From a virus (Duplodnaviria; Caudoviricetes), in the IMG/VR virus record IMGVR_UViG_3300005326_000011, positions 1 to 56,984 of that record: a stretch of 56,984 nt of DNA; one strand, written 5' to 3'. The notes beneath the pieces are model-generated. The model was given only the letters and a program-made list of their open reading frames with translations, had not been told where the DNA came from and did not search any database. The position numbers were made by a program, and so were the translations under genes. Positions 38,933 through 49,124 of the stretch are shown piece after piece; positions within the stretch are counted from its first letter, which is position 1; each line of letters starts with the position of its first letter.

Positions 38933-39166
38933 ATGCAGACAATGTGGATGATAGATACAACTGGTTCACCAAAATATGTAGTAAGTCAGTATATTGACCA
39001 AAAAAAAGCAGAGGGTTGGGTTATTATGGATGTTCGGGAATTTAAAAGTGATGGGACTCCGAAACAGACATACTATCCCCAATATGATCGTCAAAATCCA
39101 ATAAGCAAAGTTAAGGTTGACGCACAGGAAATAAACGCTGAGATTTTACAAACAGATATATTTTAA
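38933..39166 (+). CDS. Hypothetical protein
   Basis: Operonic ORF. Confidence 0.55.
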   Translation: MQTMWMIDTTGSPKYVVSQYIDQKKAEGWVIMDVREFKSDGTPKQTYYPQYDRQNPISKVKVDAQEINAEILQTDIF

Positions 39167-39167
39167 T

Positions 39168-40286
39168 ATGACAAGTATAAAATATTGTGGGTCATTTCTT
39201 GATTCATCAGGCTATGGTTCAGCTAATCGTGCCTTTATTGCTGCTTTATTTATTGCAGGAGTTGATGTGACAACTGAACTTGCAGTTCATATGAAAGAGC
39301 AAGTAAATGTTCACTGGACTGGAGAACTTGCAATAAACCTTAAAAATAGAAATATTTCATATCAGGTAAAAATTATTCATTTAACACCAGATTTGTATGA
39401 GAATTATGTAGAAAAAGGAAAATATAATATTGGACATTTGTTTTGGGAAGTAGATAAACTTCCACAAGACTGGGTTGATAAGTGTAATCGAATGGATGAG
39501 ATATGGACTTCATCTGCCCACATGGTTGAACTTTTTAAAAGTTGTGGTGTTAAGGTTCCAGTTTATGCTTTTGCTCAGCCCATAGATATTTCTATGGCTG
39601 ATAAAGACTATAAAAAGTATGCACTTATTGGACATACTGGACTTTTATTTTATTCCATTTTTCAATGGATTGAAAGGAAAAATCCAAAACTTCTTCTTAA
39701 AGCATTTTGGGAAGCATTTGAGGGACATGATGATGTATCTCTTCTTCTTAAAACTTTTCGTTTATCTTATGACCAATCGGAATTTGATAAGATAAGAAAT
39801 GATATTTGGGAATGGAAAAGAGAGATGGGAAAAGGAATTTTTCCAAAAGTTTATCTTACGTCAAAGGCTATGCATCATGATGAGATTATGAGAGTTCATA
39901 GGACTGGTGATGTATTTGTACTTCCCCATAGAGGTGAGGGTTGGAACAGATGTATTGCCGAGTCACTTCTTATGGGTAATGTAGTTACAGCAACCGCTCG
40001 TGGTGGAATTCATGAGTATTTACGAGATGAGCATTACTTTGGACTTCCAAGTAAAATGGTTCCTGTAACTGAGGTTCCTTGGATTAAGTTCTATACAAAA
40101 GATCAAAATTGGGCTGAGGCTGATAAAGAATATTTAATTAAAACTATGAAATATATTTATAAAAATTATGAACTTTGTAAAGCTAAGGGAATTACAGCAC
40201 GTGAATATGTTAAGGAGAATTTTAATTATTATAAAATTGGTTACCTCATGAGAGAGCGACTTGAGGAGATTTATAAAAAATTATGA
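39168..40286 (+). CDS. GT-B (GT4-like) glycosyltransferase
   Basis: DSSGYG, WIERKNP and FVLPHRGEGW...ES. Confidence 0.9.
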   Translation: MTSIKYCGSFLDSSGYGSANRAFIAALFIAGVDVTTELAVHMKEQVNVHWTGELAINLKNRNISYQVKIIHLTPDLYENYVEKGKYNIGHLFWEVDKLPQDWVDKCNRMDEIWTSSAHMVELFKSCGVKVPVYAFAQPIDISMADKDYKKYALIGHTGLLFYSIFQWIERKNPKLLLKAFWEAFEGHDDVSLLLKTFRLSYDQSEFDKIRNDIWEWKREMGKGIFPKVYLTSKAMHHDEIMRVHRTGDVFVLPHRGEGWNRCIAESLLMGNVVTATARGGIHEYLRDEHYFGLPSKMVPVTEVPWIKFYTKDQNWAEADKEYLIKTMKYIYKNYELCKAKGITAREYVKENFNYYKIGYLMRERLEEIYKKL

Positions 40287-40630
40287 AGATTAGAGATAAT
40301 AAGGGAAGATTTATAAAAGGACATCCTCGATTAGGTGGTGTTTTATTTAAGAAAGGCTCTATCCCTTGGAATAAGAATGGTAATCAACCACAGACAGCAA
40401 AAGAAAAAGCATATAATTGGAAAGGTGATAGTGTTAAATATAGAGGTTTACATATGTGGATTTCTAATAATTTAGGTAAGGCAAAAAAATGTTCAAATAA
40501 TATAAAACATATATCTACTCGTTATCATTGGGTAAATATTAATCATACATATAAAAGAAATTTTAATGATTGGATTGAACTATGTCCATCTTGTCATAGA
40601 TTATATGATAATGGAAAAATAATATTATGA
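40283..40630 (+). CDS. Small HNH/His-Cys endonuclease with NUMOD3-like N-terminus
   Basis: GRFIKGH, PWNK, NWKGD.V.YRGLH.W and DWIELCPSCH. Confidence 0.8.
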   Translation: MKIRDNKGRFIKGHPRLGGVLFKKGSIPWNKNGNQPQTAKEKAYNWKGDSVKYRGLHMWISNNLGKAKKCSNNIKHISTRYHWVNINHTYKRNFNDWIELCPSCHRLYDNGKIIL

Positions 40631-41646
40631 AGATACATTACTTAAGTTGTCATTCTATTTTAGAATATGATGAAGCATCTCTTTTTACAGAATTAGGACA
40701 TGATGTTTTTTGTAATGGTGTATATCTTGATCCAAAAGGACATATTGATTTACCAAGACCTGGCATTAGTGGAATGACACATCATACAGAATATGTAGAA
40801 TTAGCTCAAAAATTTGCTAAAACAAATCTTCCAAAAGAATTAATAGATCCATTTGATATTATATTTGTTGCTCATCAGCCTGAATGGGTAACTGAAAACT
40901 GGGAAAGAATGAAACATAAAAAAGTTATTTGGCGAAGTATTGGTCAATCAACAAGAACTGTTGAGAATATGATTAGAAAATGTAGATATGAGGGGCTTAA
41001 AATTGTTAGATATTCTCCAATGGAACAAAATATTCCAGATTATTTAGGAGCTGATGCGATAATTCGTTTTTATAAAGATCCTAAGGAATTTGGAAATTAT
41101 AACGGTAATGAAAAAAGAGTTATTAATTTTACTCAAACATTAAAAGGAAGACGTTTATTTTGTCATTACGATCATATTATGGCAATGGTTGAGGGATTTC
41201 CTGCAATGATTTATGGGTCAGGAAATGATGACCTTGGTCCACTTAACGGAGGGAAAATTCCTTATGATTTAATGAAGGGAGCACTTCGGGATAATCGAGT
41301 ATTTATTTATGGTGGAACATGGCCTGCCTCATATACTTTAACTTTAATTGAGGCGATGATGACTGGAACCCCCGTTGTTACAATTGGTCGGAAAATGGCG
41401 ACTGAAATTCCTGAGCTTGCAACAGCTGAGGTTGGTAATTTCTTTGAACTTCCAAATATCATAACAAATGAACAGAATGGATTTATGTATGATGATATTG
41501 GGTCTTTACGAAATGCAATTCATAAATTACTTGAAGATCACACATTGGCTAAAAAAATTGGTCAAAAGGGAAGAGAAAAGGCGGTTGAGCTTTTTGGCAA
41601 GGATAAAATAAAGGGGGAATGGAATAAATTTTTAAATTCTATATGA
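40627..41646 (+). CDS. GT-B (GT4-like) glycosyltransferase
   Basis: LIEAMMTGTPVV, NEQNGF and IGQKGRE.A.ELF. Confidence 0.85.
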   Translation: MKIHYLSCHSILEYDEASLFTELGHDVFCNGVYLDPKGHIDLPRPGISGMTHHTEYVELAQKFAKTNLPKELIDPFDIIFVAHQPEWVTENWERMKHKKVIWRSIGQSTRTVENMIRKCRYEGLKIVRYSPMEQNIPDYLGADAIIRFYKDPKEFGNYNGNEKRVINFTQTLKGRRLFCHYDHIMAMVEGFPAMIYGSGNDDLGPLNGGKIPYDLMKGALRDNRVFIYGGTWPASYTLTLIEAMMTGTPVVTIGRKMATEIPELATAEVGNFFELPNIITNEQNGFMYDDIGSLRNAIHKLLEDHTLAKKIGQKGREKAVELFGKDKIKGEWNKFLNSI

Positions 41647-42044
41647 TAATTTTAAAACCATTGGATTTGCGAGATATTGAATGGGCAAGGATTTTAAGAA
41701 ATAAATATAAGAAATATTTTGATGATAAAGAAATTTCTCAGACAGATCAAAATAGATGGTATAAAAGGTATATATATAAAAAGAATTATGAATTTTATGT
41801 TATTGTTAAAGATGATAAAAATATAGGAACGGTTTCTTTACTTGTGACTGATAAGTATGTAAAAATAGGTGATTTAATTACAGAAGTTGAAGATACTAAT
41901 TTATTTAAGGAAATAATTGAAGAGATAGATAAAAAATATAAATGTCCATATATGCTTGATATGACAGAAAATAATTCTTATTTACTGAAAATTATTCAAA
42001 AAATGGGATTTATTACAAAAGTTATAAGTTTATATAAAAAATGA
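41643..42044 (+). CDS. GNAT acetyltransferase (PseH-like)
   Basis: LKPL..RDIE..RILRN, IS..DQ.RWY, IGTVSL and KMGF. Confidence 0.65.
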   Translation: MIILKPLDLRDIEWARILRNKYKKYFDDKEISQTDQNRWYKRYIYKKNYEFYVIVKDDKNIGTVSLLVTDKYVKIGDLITEVEDTNLFKEIIEEIDKKYKCPYMLDMTENNSYLLKIIQKMGFITKVISLYKK

Positions 42045-42685
42045 TTACAAAATATTTTGAAGAGATATTAGGTCAAAAAACAGTTCCTGAGGTCACTGAT
42101 AATAGATATAAAATGTTTGATGATGGAGGTGTTGAGGCTGAACTTGGTGATTTTCTATATGGATTAGTTCGAGTAGTTAAACCAAAAAATGTTCTTGAAA
42201 CGGGACTTTATTCAGGAATTAGTGCTTCGTATATGGCAAAGGGACTTCAAGACAATGGAGAGGGACATCTAATTTCAATAGAGTTTGAAGCTATGCATGT
42301 AGAACGAGCAAAATCCAGATTATTAAAATTAAACCTCCTTCCATATGTAACAGTCGAACACACATCTTCATTAACTTTTAATCCACAAAATACCTTTCAA
42401 ATTATTCTTCTTGATACTGAGCCAAATATTCGTTTTCAAGAACTTGTGAGATATTTTCCGTATTTAGATGAAGGTGGATTTATGTTTATCCATGACCTTC
42501 CAAGAAATATGTGTCAGGGTAATTTTAACACAGATCATCCAGAAATCAAGTCTTGGCCATTTGGAGATATCCCTTCTGAAATGAAAAAGTTATTTGATGA
42601 GAAGAAACTTATTAGATTTCATTTACCATCACCTCGTGGGATGGTAGGGCTATATAAACCACGCAAAGATGATTATGGATATTAA
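42041..42685 (+). CDS. Class I SAM O-methyltransferase
   Basis: KPKNVLETGLYSGIS and GGFMFIHD. Confidence 0.85.
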   Translation: MITKYFEEILGQKTVPEVTDNRYKMFDDGGVEAELGDFLYGLVRVVKPKNVLETGLYSGISASYMAKGLQDNGEGHLISIEFEAMHVERAKSRLLKLNLLPYVTVEHTSSLTFNPQNTFQIILLDTEPNIRFQELVRYFPYLDEGGFMFIHDLPRNMCQGNFNTDHPEIKSWPFGDIPSEMKKLFDEKKLIRFHLPSPRGMVGLYKPRKDDYGY

Positions 42686-43205
42686 ACAGATAGTTGCAGA
42701 AAGCAGAGCCAGTATTGTCAAAAGTGACCTTGAAGTATTACTTAATATGGCTAAGTCTTTTGATATAAGAAATATTCTTGAGATTGGAACATGGAAAGGT
42801 TATTCGGCTGAAGTTTGGATTAAGGCATTTTTTCCAAATAAATTTGTGACTATTGAAAAAGAACCTAAGTTTTCTGATGCTGTTGAAATTAAAAACATTA
42901 ATCATAAATATTTTTGGAATACGAATTCTCATAGTAATGAAATCAAATTTAATACAGAGCTTTATGACTTTTTATTTATTGACGGAGATCATTCTTATGG
43001 GGGGGTAAAAAAAGACTTTGAGATGTATAGTCCACTTGTTAAAAAAGGTGGTCTTATTGTATTTCATGATATAATTTATGTTTCAAACGATGTAAATGCT
43101 CCAGTTCAAGTAAAATTTCTTTGGGATGAATTAAAGTTAAAATATAATTATTTAGAAATTAAAACCGACCAGAGTTCAACTGGTATGGGAGTATTATTTA
43201 TTTAA
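42669..43205 (+). CDS. Class I SAM methyltransferase (Methyltransf_24-like)
   Basis: ILEIGTWKG, FIDGDHSY and GGLIVFHD. Confidence 0.9.
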   Translation: MIMDIKQIVAESRASIVKSDLEVLLNMAKSFDIRNILEIGTWKGYSAEVWIKAFFPNKFVTIEKEPKFSDAVEIKNINHKYFWNTNSHSNEIKFNTELYDFLFIDGDHSYGGVKKDFEMYSPLVKKGGLIVFHDIIYVSNDVNAPVQVKFLWDELKLKYNYLEIKTDQSSTGMGVLFI

Positions 43206-43220
43206 AAGGAGGAAAATAAA

Positions 43221-43622
43221 TTGGCAGACGAACAGCATTGGTGTGGTGCTAAATTAGTCAATGTAACTCCCGATAAAACTCTATATCCTGATATTGCAGA
43301 GGGAGTTGGAATTAGTGGAATGATAGATTGTCAGGGAAAAGTGACTATTGAGAAAGATGTCTTTTCAGGACATGACATTATGATTTTGACAGGAAGTCAT
43401 AATTATCTTGCCTTTGGATATGAAAGAAGAAGGCAGGGTGTAATTAAGCCCGTTTTGATTAAGGAGGGAGCATGGCTTTGCACAAGATGTATTATCTTAC
43501 AAGGAGTAACAGTTGGTCGTCATGCTGTAATTGGAGCAGGTTCTATTGTTACAAAAGATGTTCCTGATTATGAGTTCTGGGCTGGTAACCCAGCAAAATT
43601 AATAAAAGTTATACCACATTAA
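43221..43622 (+). CDS. Hexapeptide-repeat sugar O-acetyltransferase
   Basis: GVTVGRHAVIGAGSIVTKDVP..AGNPAK. Confidence 0.9.
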   Translation: MADEQHWCGAKLVNVTPDKTLYPDIAEGVGISGMIDCQGKVTIEKDVFSGHDIMILTGSHNYLAFGYERRRQGVIKPVLIKEGAWLCTRCIILQGVTVGRHAVIGAGSIVTKDVPDYEFWAGNPAKLIKVIPH

Positions 43623-43627
43623 TTTAT

Positions 43628-43693
43628 ATGAAAATTCTTATAACAGTTAATAAAATAGATTTGACAAGAGCTGGTTTTATTAGTAGTATGTAG
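43628..43693 (+). pseudogene. Decayed duplicate of the epimerase N-terminus, now overlapping the HNH promoter
   Basis: MKILIT(VNKIDLT)RAGFISSM* versus MKILITGCAGFIGSNM; contains TTGACA-N17-TAGTAT. Confidence 0.65.
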
Positions 43694-43695
43694 GA

Positions 43696-44088
43696 ATGAA
43701 GAATTATTCTTTAGGAAAAAAATGTTTAGATTGCGGGAAGAATAAGTCTGATAGAGGAAATTATTGTAAGAAATGCGGATATAAGTATAGAGTTAGACCA
43801 AAGGGATTAAAGTATAAAATTGTAGTTGTTAATAAGGGTTGGTTTGAAAATAAGGGAGGTTGGATTGATGAAAGTGGATATAGAAAAATACGGATAAATG
43901 GGAAGCAAATTAGGGAGCATGTTTACATATTGGAAAAACATTTAGGAAGAAAACTTTTAAAAAGTGAAGTTTCTCATCATATAAACGGAGATAAATTAGA
44001 TAATAGAATAGAAAATTTACAAGTTGTTTCTAAAAAGAAACATGATAAGTTTCATCATTATAAATTTAGGAAAGGTTTAATTATATGA
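43696..44088 (+). CDS. HNH endonuclease
   Basis: CLDC..CKKC and REHVYILEKHLGRKL..HHINGDKLDNRIENL. Confidence 0.9.
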   Translation: MKNYSLGKKCLDCGKNKSDRGNYCKKCGYKYRVRPKGLKYKIVVVNKGWFENKGGWIDESGYRKIRINGKQIREHVYILEKHLGRKLLKSEVSHHINGDKLDNRIENLQVVSKKKHDKFHHYKFRKGLII

Positions 44089-45140
44089 AGATACTCATAA
44101 CGGGTTGTGCAGGATTTATCGGGAGCAATATGTCAGTTGAGGCAATTAGTCGTGGTCATTCAGTAGTTGCTTTTGATAATTTATGGCGACCTGATGTTTC
44201 AGATAATGTTAAATATATGAAGAAAAAGTATGGAGATAAGTATGAGTTTATTTGGGGAGATGTAAGAAATCCAGAGGATTTAGAGAAAGTTCCAGAAGTT
44301 GACGCTGTAATTCATCTGGCTGCAAATCCTGGAGCAATCTCATCGGTCTATTTTCCAATATATGATTTTAGAAGTAATGCGATGGGAACATTTAATGTTT
44401 GTGAATTTGTACGAAAAAGAGGGTTAAAGATGATTTATGCATCAACCACTAAAACAATGTCAGACATTATGAATACTTTCCCAATGGTTGAAACAGATAA
44501 AAGAATGGATCCAACAAGAGGAGAATACCCTGATGTTACAAAAGTAGGATTGGATTTTGAGGGCGGGAAGGCAGTTGCAGTTAATGATAAATTTCCAATT
44601 GATGGATTTGGAAAGTGGGGACATTCTCCTTATGGAATATCAAAACTAACTGGAGAGTTATATGTTCAAGAATTTCATGTAACATTTAAAGTGCCTGTTG
44701 TTATTTTTAGAATGAGCTGTATTTATGGAATATTTCAAAAGGGAATAGAGGAGCAAGGTTGGGTAGCATGGTTTTTGAAACAGATTAAAAATGGTGATGG
44801 AAAGATTAACATATTTGGTAATGGTAAACAAGTAAGAGATGTGCTTGATGGTCGGGATGTAGCCAGAATTTATTTAAGAGCTCTTGATAATATAGATACA
44901 GTTAATGGAGAAATATTTACAGTAGGTGGTGGAGTGAAATATAACTATTCATTACTTGAGGTAATTTCCAAAATTGAGGAAATGACAGGTAAGAAAGCCC
45001 AATTAACTTTTAAGGATAAGCGACCAGCTGACGGAGATTGGTATGTGTCAAGTAACAAAAAAGCTAAAGAGTTGTTAAATTGGGAGCCTGAGATTGGATT
45101 AGAACAGGCACTAAAGGACATGATTCAATCTTATGAGTAG
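44085..45140 (+). CDS. NAD-dependent nucleotide-sugar epimerase, CDP-paratose 2-epimerase (RfbE)-like
   Basis: TGCAGFIG, PYGISK, FRMSCIYG..Q.G..QGWVAWF and GKQVRDVL. Confidence 0.85.
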   Translation: MKILITGCAGFIGSNMSVEAISRGHSVVAFDNLWRPDVSDNVKYMKKKYGDKYEFIWGDVRNPEDLEKVPEVDAVIHLAANPGAISSVYFPIYDFRSNAMGTFNVCEFVRKRGLKMIYASTTKTMSDIMNTFPMVETDKRMDPTRGEYPDVTKVGLDFEGGKAVAVNDKFPIDGFGKWGHSPYGISKLTGELYVQEFHVTFKVPVVIFRMSCIYGIFQKGIEEQGWVAWFLKQIKNGDGKINIFGNGKQVRDVLDGRDVARIYLRALDNIDTVNGEIFTVGGGVKYNYSLLEVISKIEEMTGKKAQLTFKDKRPADGDWYVSSNKKAKELLNWEPEIGLEQALKDMIQSYE

Positions 45141-45969
45141 AGCAATTATTACATCAATGCATTGTTATACCCCTTGGGGTAGAGATTATTATCAACCCAT
45201 TGAGGATTATTTTATTGGGAACTTAACTAAGTATAAAGATGAATTTGACCATTTATATATATTAGACTCCCAGTGGGGATTCGAACCACTTCCTGAATGG
45301 ATAACTGTGATTAAGACCAATCCTTCAGTTCGTTACTATGACGCTTATAAACAAGTATTACCAGATATAAAAGAAGAAGAGGTGTTGTTTTTAGATAATG
45401 ATTTTGTTATTTATAAGCCAGGAGTGATTAGTATGATTTTTGGGTGGCTTAAGGAATATGGAGTAGCTTCTATTTTTGATACGATTGGAGATTTTAAGAC
45501 AGATAAAATGAATGGAAAAAATAAGCTGTGTCCATATTTTTTTGCAAGTAGCAAGAAATTACTTATGAATTATCTTGATGTAGATTGGGGAAATCATATG
45601 CCTCATTCTGAAACATTGGGGCTATTAACAGAGGAGATGCTTAAAGATAATATAAAACTTTGGGAGATGCAGGAGGATAAATCTAACTTTTTATTTGGTG
45701 AAACACTTGGGAGTAGACGAAGTAAAAACTTCGGATATTATCATGTTCGTAGTGGTTCAACTCCAGCATATCTACTTTCTCATAGACAAAGAGGGGATAG
45801 GCAGTATACAGATTATCTTAAAAATCAACCAAAGAGCGAATATCTTCGTCAAATGGCTTGGTATCAGATAATGGGTGGAGACGTTGATTCTCTTATTGGA
45901 GATTTGGTTATAGGTATAAATGAGTGGAGTGAATATATTAAGAATTTTAAGATATTTCATGGACTTTGA
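45133..45969 (+). CDS. GT-A-like glycosyltransferase paralog 1
   Basis: LFLDND and GYYHVR. Confidence 0.6.
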   Translation: MSRAIITSMHCYTPWGRDYYQPIEDYFIGNLTKYKDEFDHLYILDSQWGFEPLPEWITVIKTNPSVRYYDAYKQVLPDIKEEEVLFLDNDFVIYKPGVISMIFGWLKEYGVASIFDTIGDFKTDKMNGKNKLCPYFFASSKKLLMNYLDVDWGNHMPHSETLGLLTEEMLKDNIKLWEMQEDKSNFLFGETLGSRRSKNFGYYHVRSGSTPAYLLSHRQRGDRQYTDYLKNQPKSEYLRQMAWYQIMGGDVDSLIGDLVIGINEWSEYIKNFKIFHGL

Positions 45970-46050
45970 TTACCCACCAATTTTAGAAATAATTATTTAT
46001 ATATTAGTTTGGATGTTGATATTTTATTTATTACCATTACCATCAATAAA

Positions 46051-46248
46051 ATGAAAAAAACATTAGGAGAATTGATTGACTGTTTAAGTGTAACTAATAT
46101 AAAAATATTTATGTTGGTAGAAAAAGTTCAAAAGAACGAACATACTAAAGAAGAGGCTAAAAAAATTCAGGACTTAAATAGATATCGTTCAGAGCTTACT
46201 AATGCTATTAATGAATTTAATAATGAAAGGAAAGAAATAAAATTATGA
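46051..46248 (+). CDS. Small coiled-coil protein of glycan clusters (DUF4254/DUF6165-like)
   Basis: TLGELID.LS..NIK...LN..RS.L...IN. Confidence 0.55.
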   Translation: MKKTLGELIDCLSVTNIKIFMLVEKVQKNEHTKEEAKKIQDLNRYRSELTNAINEFNNERKEIKL

Positions 46249-47177
46249 GTAGAGCTTATATTACGACATTTCATAATTATAGTGAGCCATTTCATACAGA
46301 TTATTATAAAGTTTTTTATGATTATTTTGTAGCTCAGTTTAATTTATGGTGTGATTTGGTAGATACAGTTTATATTATAGACACTAATTGGAACTTTACG
46401 GAAGATGATAAAAAACGATTAACTGATATTAAAAAGGAAGTTGTGTTTTATAAATCGCCAATTCAAGGTCATCATAATAAACAGTATCAGGAATTTCTCC
46501 CTCAGATTAAAGAAGATGAAATGCTTTTTATGGATAATGATGTATTTATAACTAAAAGATTTGGAATAAGCGATTGGTTTTTTAAAGCACAAAATAAGGA
46601 GGCTGTAATCAGTTGGTTTGGTTATCAATCATCTAAGTATCCACAAGGAGCAATTAAAGATCCACTATGGAATAAATATCCGTTTTTAAAAGAAAGAGAT
46701 GTTGTGTTTATGGAAAGTTGTCATTTTTTATTAACTAAAAAACTTTTAAAAAGAATAGGAAAGGATTTAGATTTTATGAATTATCAACCATTTAAGGAGG
46801 GGACATATATTAAGGATTTTGATTATCATACTAAAAAAGGTGATTGGTGTGAGTTTTTTGGACTTTTAGGATATCAGATATTGTCTGGCAATAATTGGGC
46901 TGAGATGCCAACAAGTGAGTATGGTTGGGGATATTATCATGTTAGAGCTTGTAGTTATGTATATTTACTTTTAAGTTATAAGAAATTAGGCTTACCTCAA
47001 TATGGTGATTTTTTAAAGAATTTTAAGAAAGAAGATATTATTGAAAGGTTGGTTTGGTTTTATATTTTAGATAAGAATGGGAAATATCATAAAGAATTAT
47101 TTGAGATTGTAAAAGATTTTGAAATAGAACTTGGTGAATTTAAAAATAAAGTTTATCAATTAGAACAGAAGATATGA
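46245..47177 (+). CDS. GT-A-like glycosyltransferase paralog 2
   Basis: LFMDND and GYYHVR; MSRA.IT..H.Y N-terminus shared with paralog 1. Confidence 0.6.
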   Translation: MSRAYITTFHNYSEPFHTDYYKVFYDYFVAQFNLWCDLVDTVYIIDTNWNFTEDDKKRLTDIKKEVVFYKSPIQGHHNKQYQEFLPQIKEDEMLFMDNDVFITKRFGISDWFFKAQNKEAVISWFGYQSSKYPQGAIKDPLWNKYPFLKERDVVFMESCHFLLTKKLLKRIGKDLDFMNYQPFKEGTYIKDFDYHTKKGDWCEFFGLLGYQILSGNNWAEMPTSEYGWGYYHVRACSYVYLLLSYKKLGLPQYGDFLKNFKKEDIIERLVWFYILDKNGKYHKELFEIVKDFEIELGEFKNKVYQLEQKI

Positions 47178-48154
47178 GTAAAAGAGCTGTAATTTTAGGT
47201 ACTGGCGCATTTCCATTAATACTTCGTCTTTGGCTTGAAATGCTTAAAAAATGGCAGGATGAGGTAGATGTTGTTTATATAGCTATTGATAATTATAATG
47301 TTCCATCAAGTAGAGAATATATTTTAAATTTAGTTAAACAATTTTCTAAAGTTAAATTACTTGAGGAGTTAAGAGGTTGGCCTAATTCTTATGCTGATGT
47401 TATTAAACAAAGTAATGCAGATACATTTCTTATTATGCATGATGATGCGTTTGTTTATAAAAAAGGAATAGTTGATAAGTATTTTAAGATAGCTGAGGAG
47501 GGGAAAGTAGTAACTCAAAGACATGGAATTTATGAACCATCAGATATTGTCAATGAGGCTCTTCAGAAAAAATATGGTTGGACTAATGATATTGCCCCAT
47601 ATTCATTTTTACTTTATTTTCTTTTTATATCTCGTCTTAATTTGGAGAAAACAACTATGAATTTTAATGGTATAGGTTGGCAAGCGGGAGATAATATTCC
47701 TCTTCTTGGGATTAAAAATGCTCCAGTATCAATTGCTGGAGATACGGGATTTCTTTTGGGACTTGAGTTATTTGAAAAGCAGGTTCCATTTCACTTTATT
47801 CCCCGAAGTGAAACATCAGGGTTAGTTCAAGAACTAAATCCAATTCGTTTTCTTATTGAACAAATGAAAGATAAACAGGGGATATTTAAACATGGTTGGT
47901 TACATTTACAAAATACAGGAAATACTATTCCTTTATGGTTTAAACAAGATATAGACGCACATCCGTGGCACGGTAACATAGAGAAAATAAGGCTTGCTTG
48001 GATGTATACAATGCTCCAGTTTGATTATAGTGAAATTCCTGATTTTAAATATCAAGCTGATGAAATATTTAAAGGAGTAATGGTAAGATGTGGACTTGAT
48101 ATTGAAGAGATAAAAATTATTAGTAATATTTTTCAAATACTTTTATATGGGTAA
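47174..48154 (+). CDS. GT-A-like glycosyltransferase paralog 3
   Basis: IMHDDAFVYKKG and WLHL. Confidence 0.6.
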   Translation: MSKRAVILGTGAFPLILRLWLEMLKKWQDEVDVVYIAIDNYNVPSSREYILNLVKQFSKVKLLEELRGWPNSYADVIKQSNADTFLIMHDDAFVYKKGIVDKYFKIAEEGKVVTQRHGIYEPSDIVNEALQKKYGWTNDIAPYSFLLYFLFISRLNLEKTTMNFNGIGWQAGDNIPLLGIKNAPVSIAGDTGFLLGLELFEKQVPFHFIPRSETSGLVQELNPIRFLIEQMKDKQGIFKHGWLHLQNTGNTIPLWFKQDIDAHPWHGNIEKIRLAWMYTMLQFDYSEIPDFKYQADEIFKGVMVRCGLDIEEIKIISNIFQILLYG

Positions 48155-49124
48155 ATCTGCTCTTTTAAGTACTTGCGGAGATCCATTCATTTTACTTCTT
48201 GGGATTAAGTTGTGGAAGGAGAGATGGTATGATGAGATAGATAATTTATATATTAATTACAATAATCATTGTCAAATTCCATATAACATAGTAACGGAGT
48301 GTTTTTCAAGATTAAATGATAAAAAGATTCATTTAATTTATCATCCCTCAGGAATTGGAAATGGACCTCCTCAGGTTGAGAATTTGCTTATTGCAAAAGA
48401 GGATTTGGTTTTACTTCTTGAAGATGATTTTTACATATTTACAAAAGGTATAGTTAGTGGGTATTTTAAAAAGATTGAAAGTGGAGAATGTGATTTACTT
48501 GGATCACCCCGTTATACATATGGTGAAGTAGCCGATAGTGCAAAGAAAAAATACAATCTTGATTATAATGGTGAGGGAGATCGTGGTTTTGGTTGGTGGC
48601 CAACTGGATTTTATTGTAAGCGTAAAGATTTATTAAAAACTGATTTGGATTTTGGTAGTAAGAAATATAGTCGGGGAGAGTATTTTAAAGAGCTTGATTA
48701 TACATTTAAAGAAGATAATTATACTGATACTTTTACTTGGACTTCAGTTCAACTTCGAGCTATGGGGCTTAAAGCTATTGAAATTCCCCAATATCACGCT
48801 GATGTTTATGAGATTGAAAGTAAGCAAAAAGGTATAATGAATTGGAGAAATGGTAATCCACCATATATTCATGGGGGTAGTCTCTCTGCGGGATGGGGGG
48901 GCTACCTTTCGGGTCGACTTCCTGACGTATCTCATGTTGCCGCCAAACAGGAAATAGAAACAAGATGTGCTTTTTGGAAGATAGCCTCAGATGTAGTTGA
49001 GGGGTTTGAACAATTTAAAGACCAATATCGAAGCGGGATAGAAAATCTTATTATCTCATGTTCTCTTGATCGTGATAGAATAAACACAAAGATTAAAATT
49101 TATAAAACATTAATGAATTTATGA
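48147..49124 (+). CDS. GT-A-like glycosyltransferase paralog 4
   Basis: LLEDDFYIF.KG and YIHGG. Confidence 0.6.
   Translation: MGKSALLSTCGDPFILLLGIKLWKERWYDEIDNLYINYNNHCQIPYNIVTECFSRLNDKKIHLIYHPSGIGNGPPQVENLLIAKEDLVLLLEDDFYIFTKGIVSGYFKKIESGECDLLGSPRYTYGEVADSAKKKYNLDYNGEGDRGFGWWPTGFYCKRKDLLKTDLDFGSKKYSRGEYFKELDYTFKEDNYTDTFTWTSVQLRAMGLKAIEIPQYHADVYEIESKQKGIMNWRNGNPPYIHGGSLSAGWGGYLSGRLPDVSHVAAKQEIETRCAFWKIASDVVEGFEQFKDQYRSGIENLIISCSLDRDRINTKIKIYKTLMNL

Noticed and set aside
45265-45292. tRNA T-loop-like GGTTCGAATCCC on the - strand (possible tRNA or attP)
   Set aside because: The T-stem does not pair, there is no cloverleaf, it lies within a GT coding frame, and no integrase was seen.
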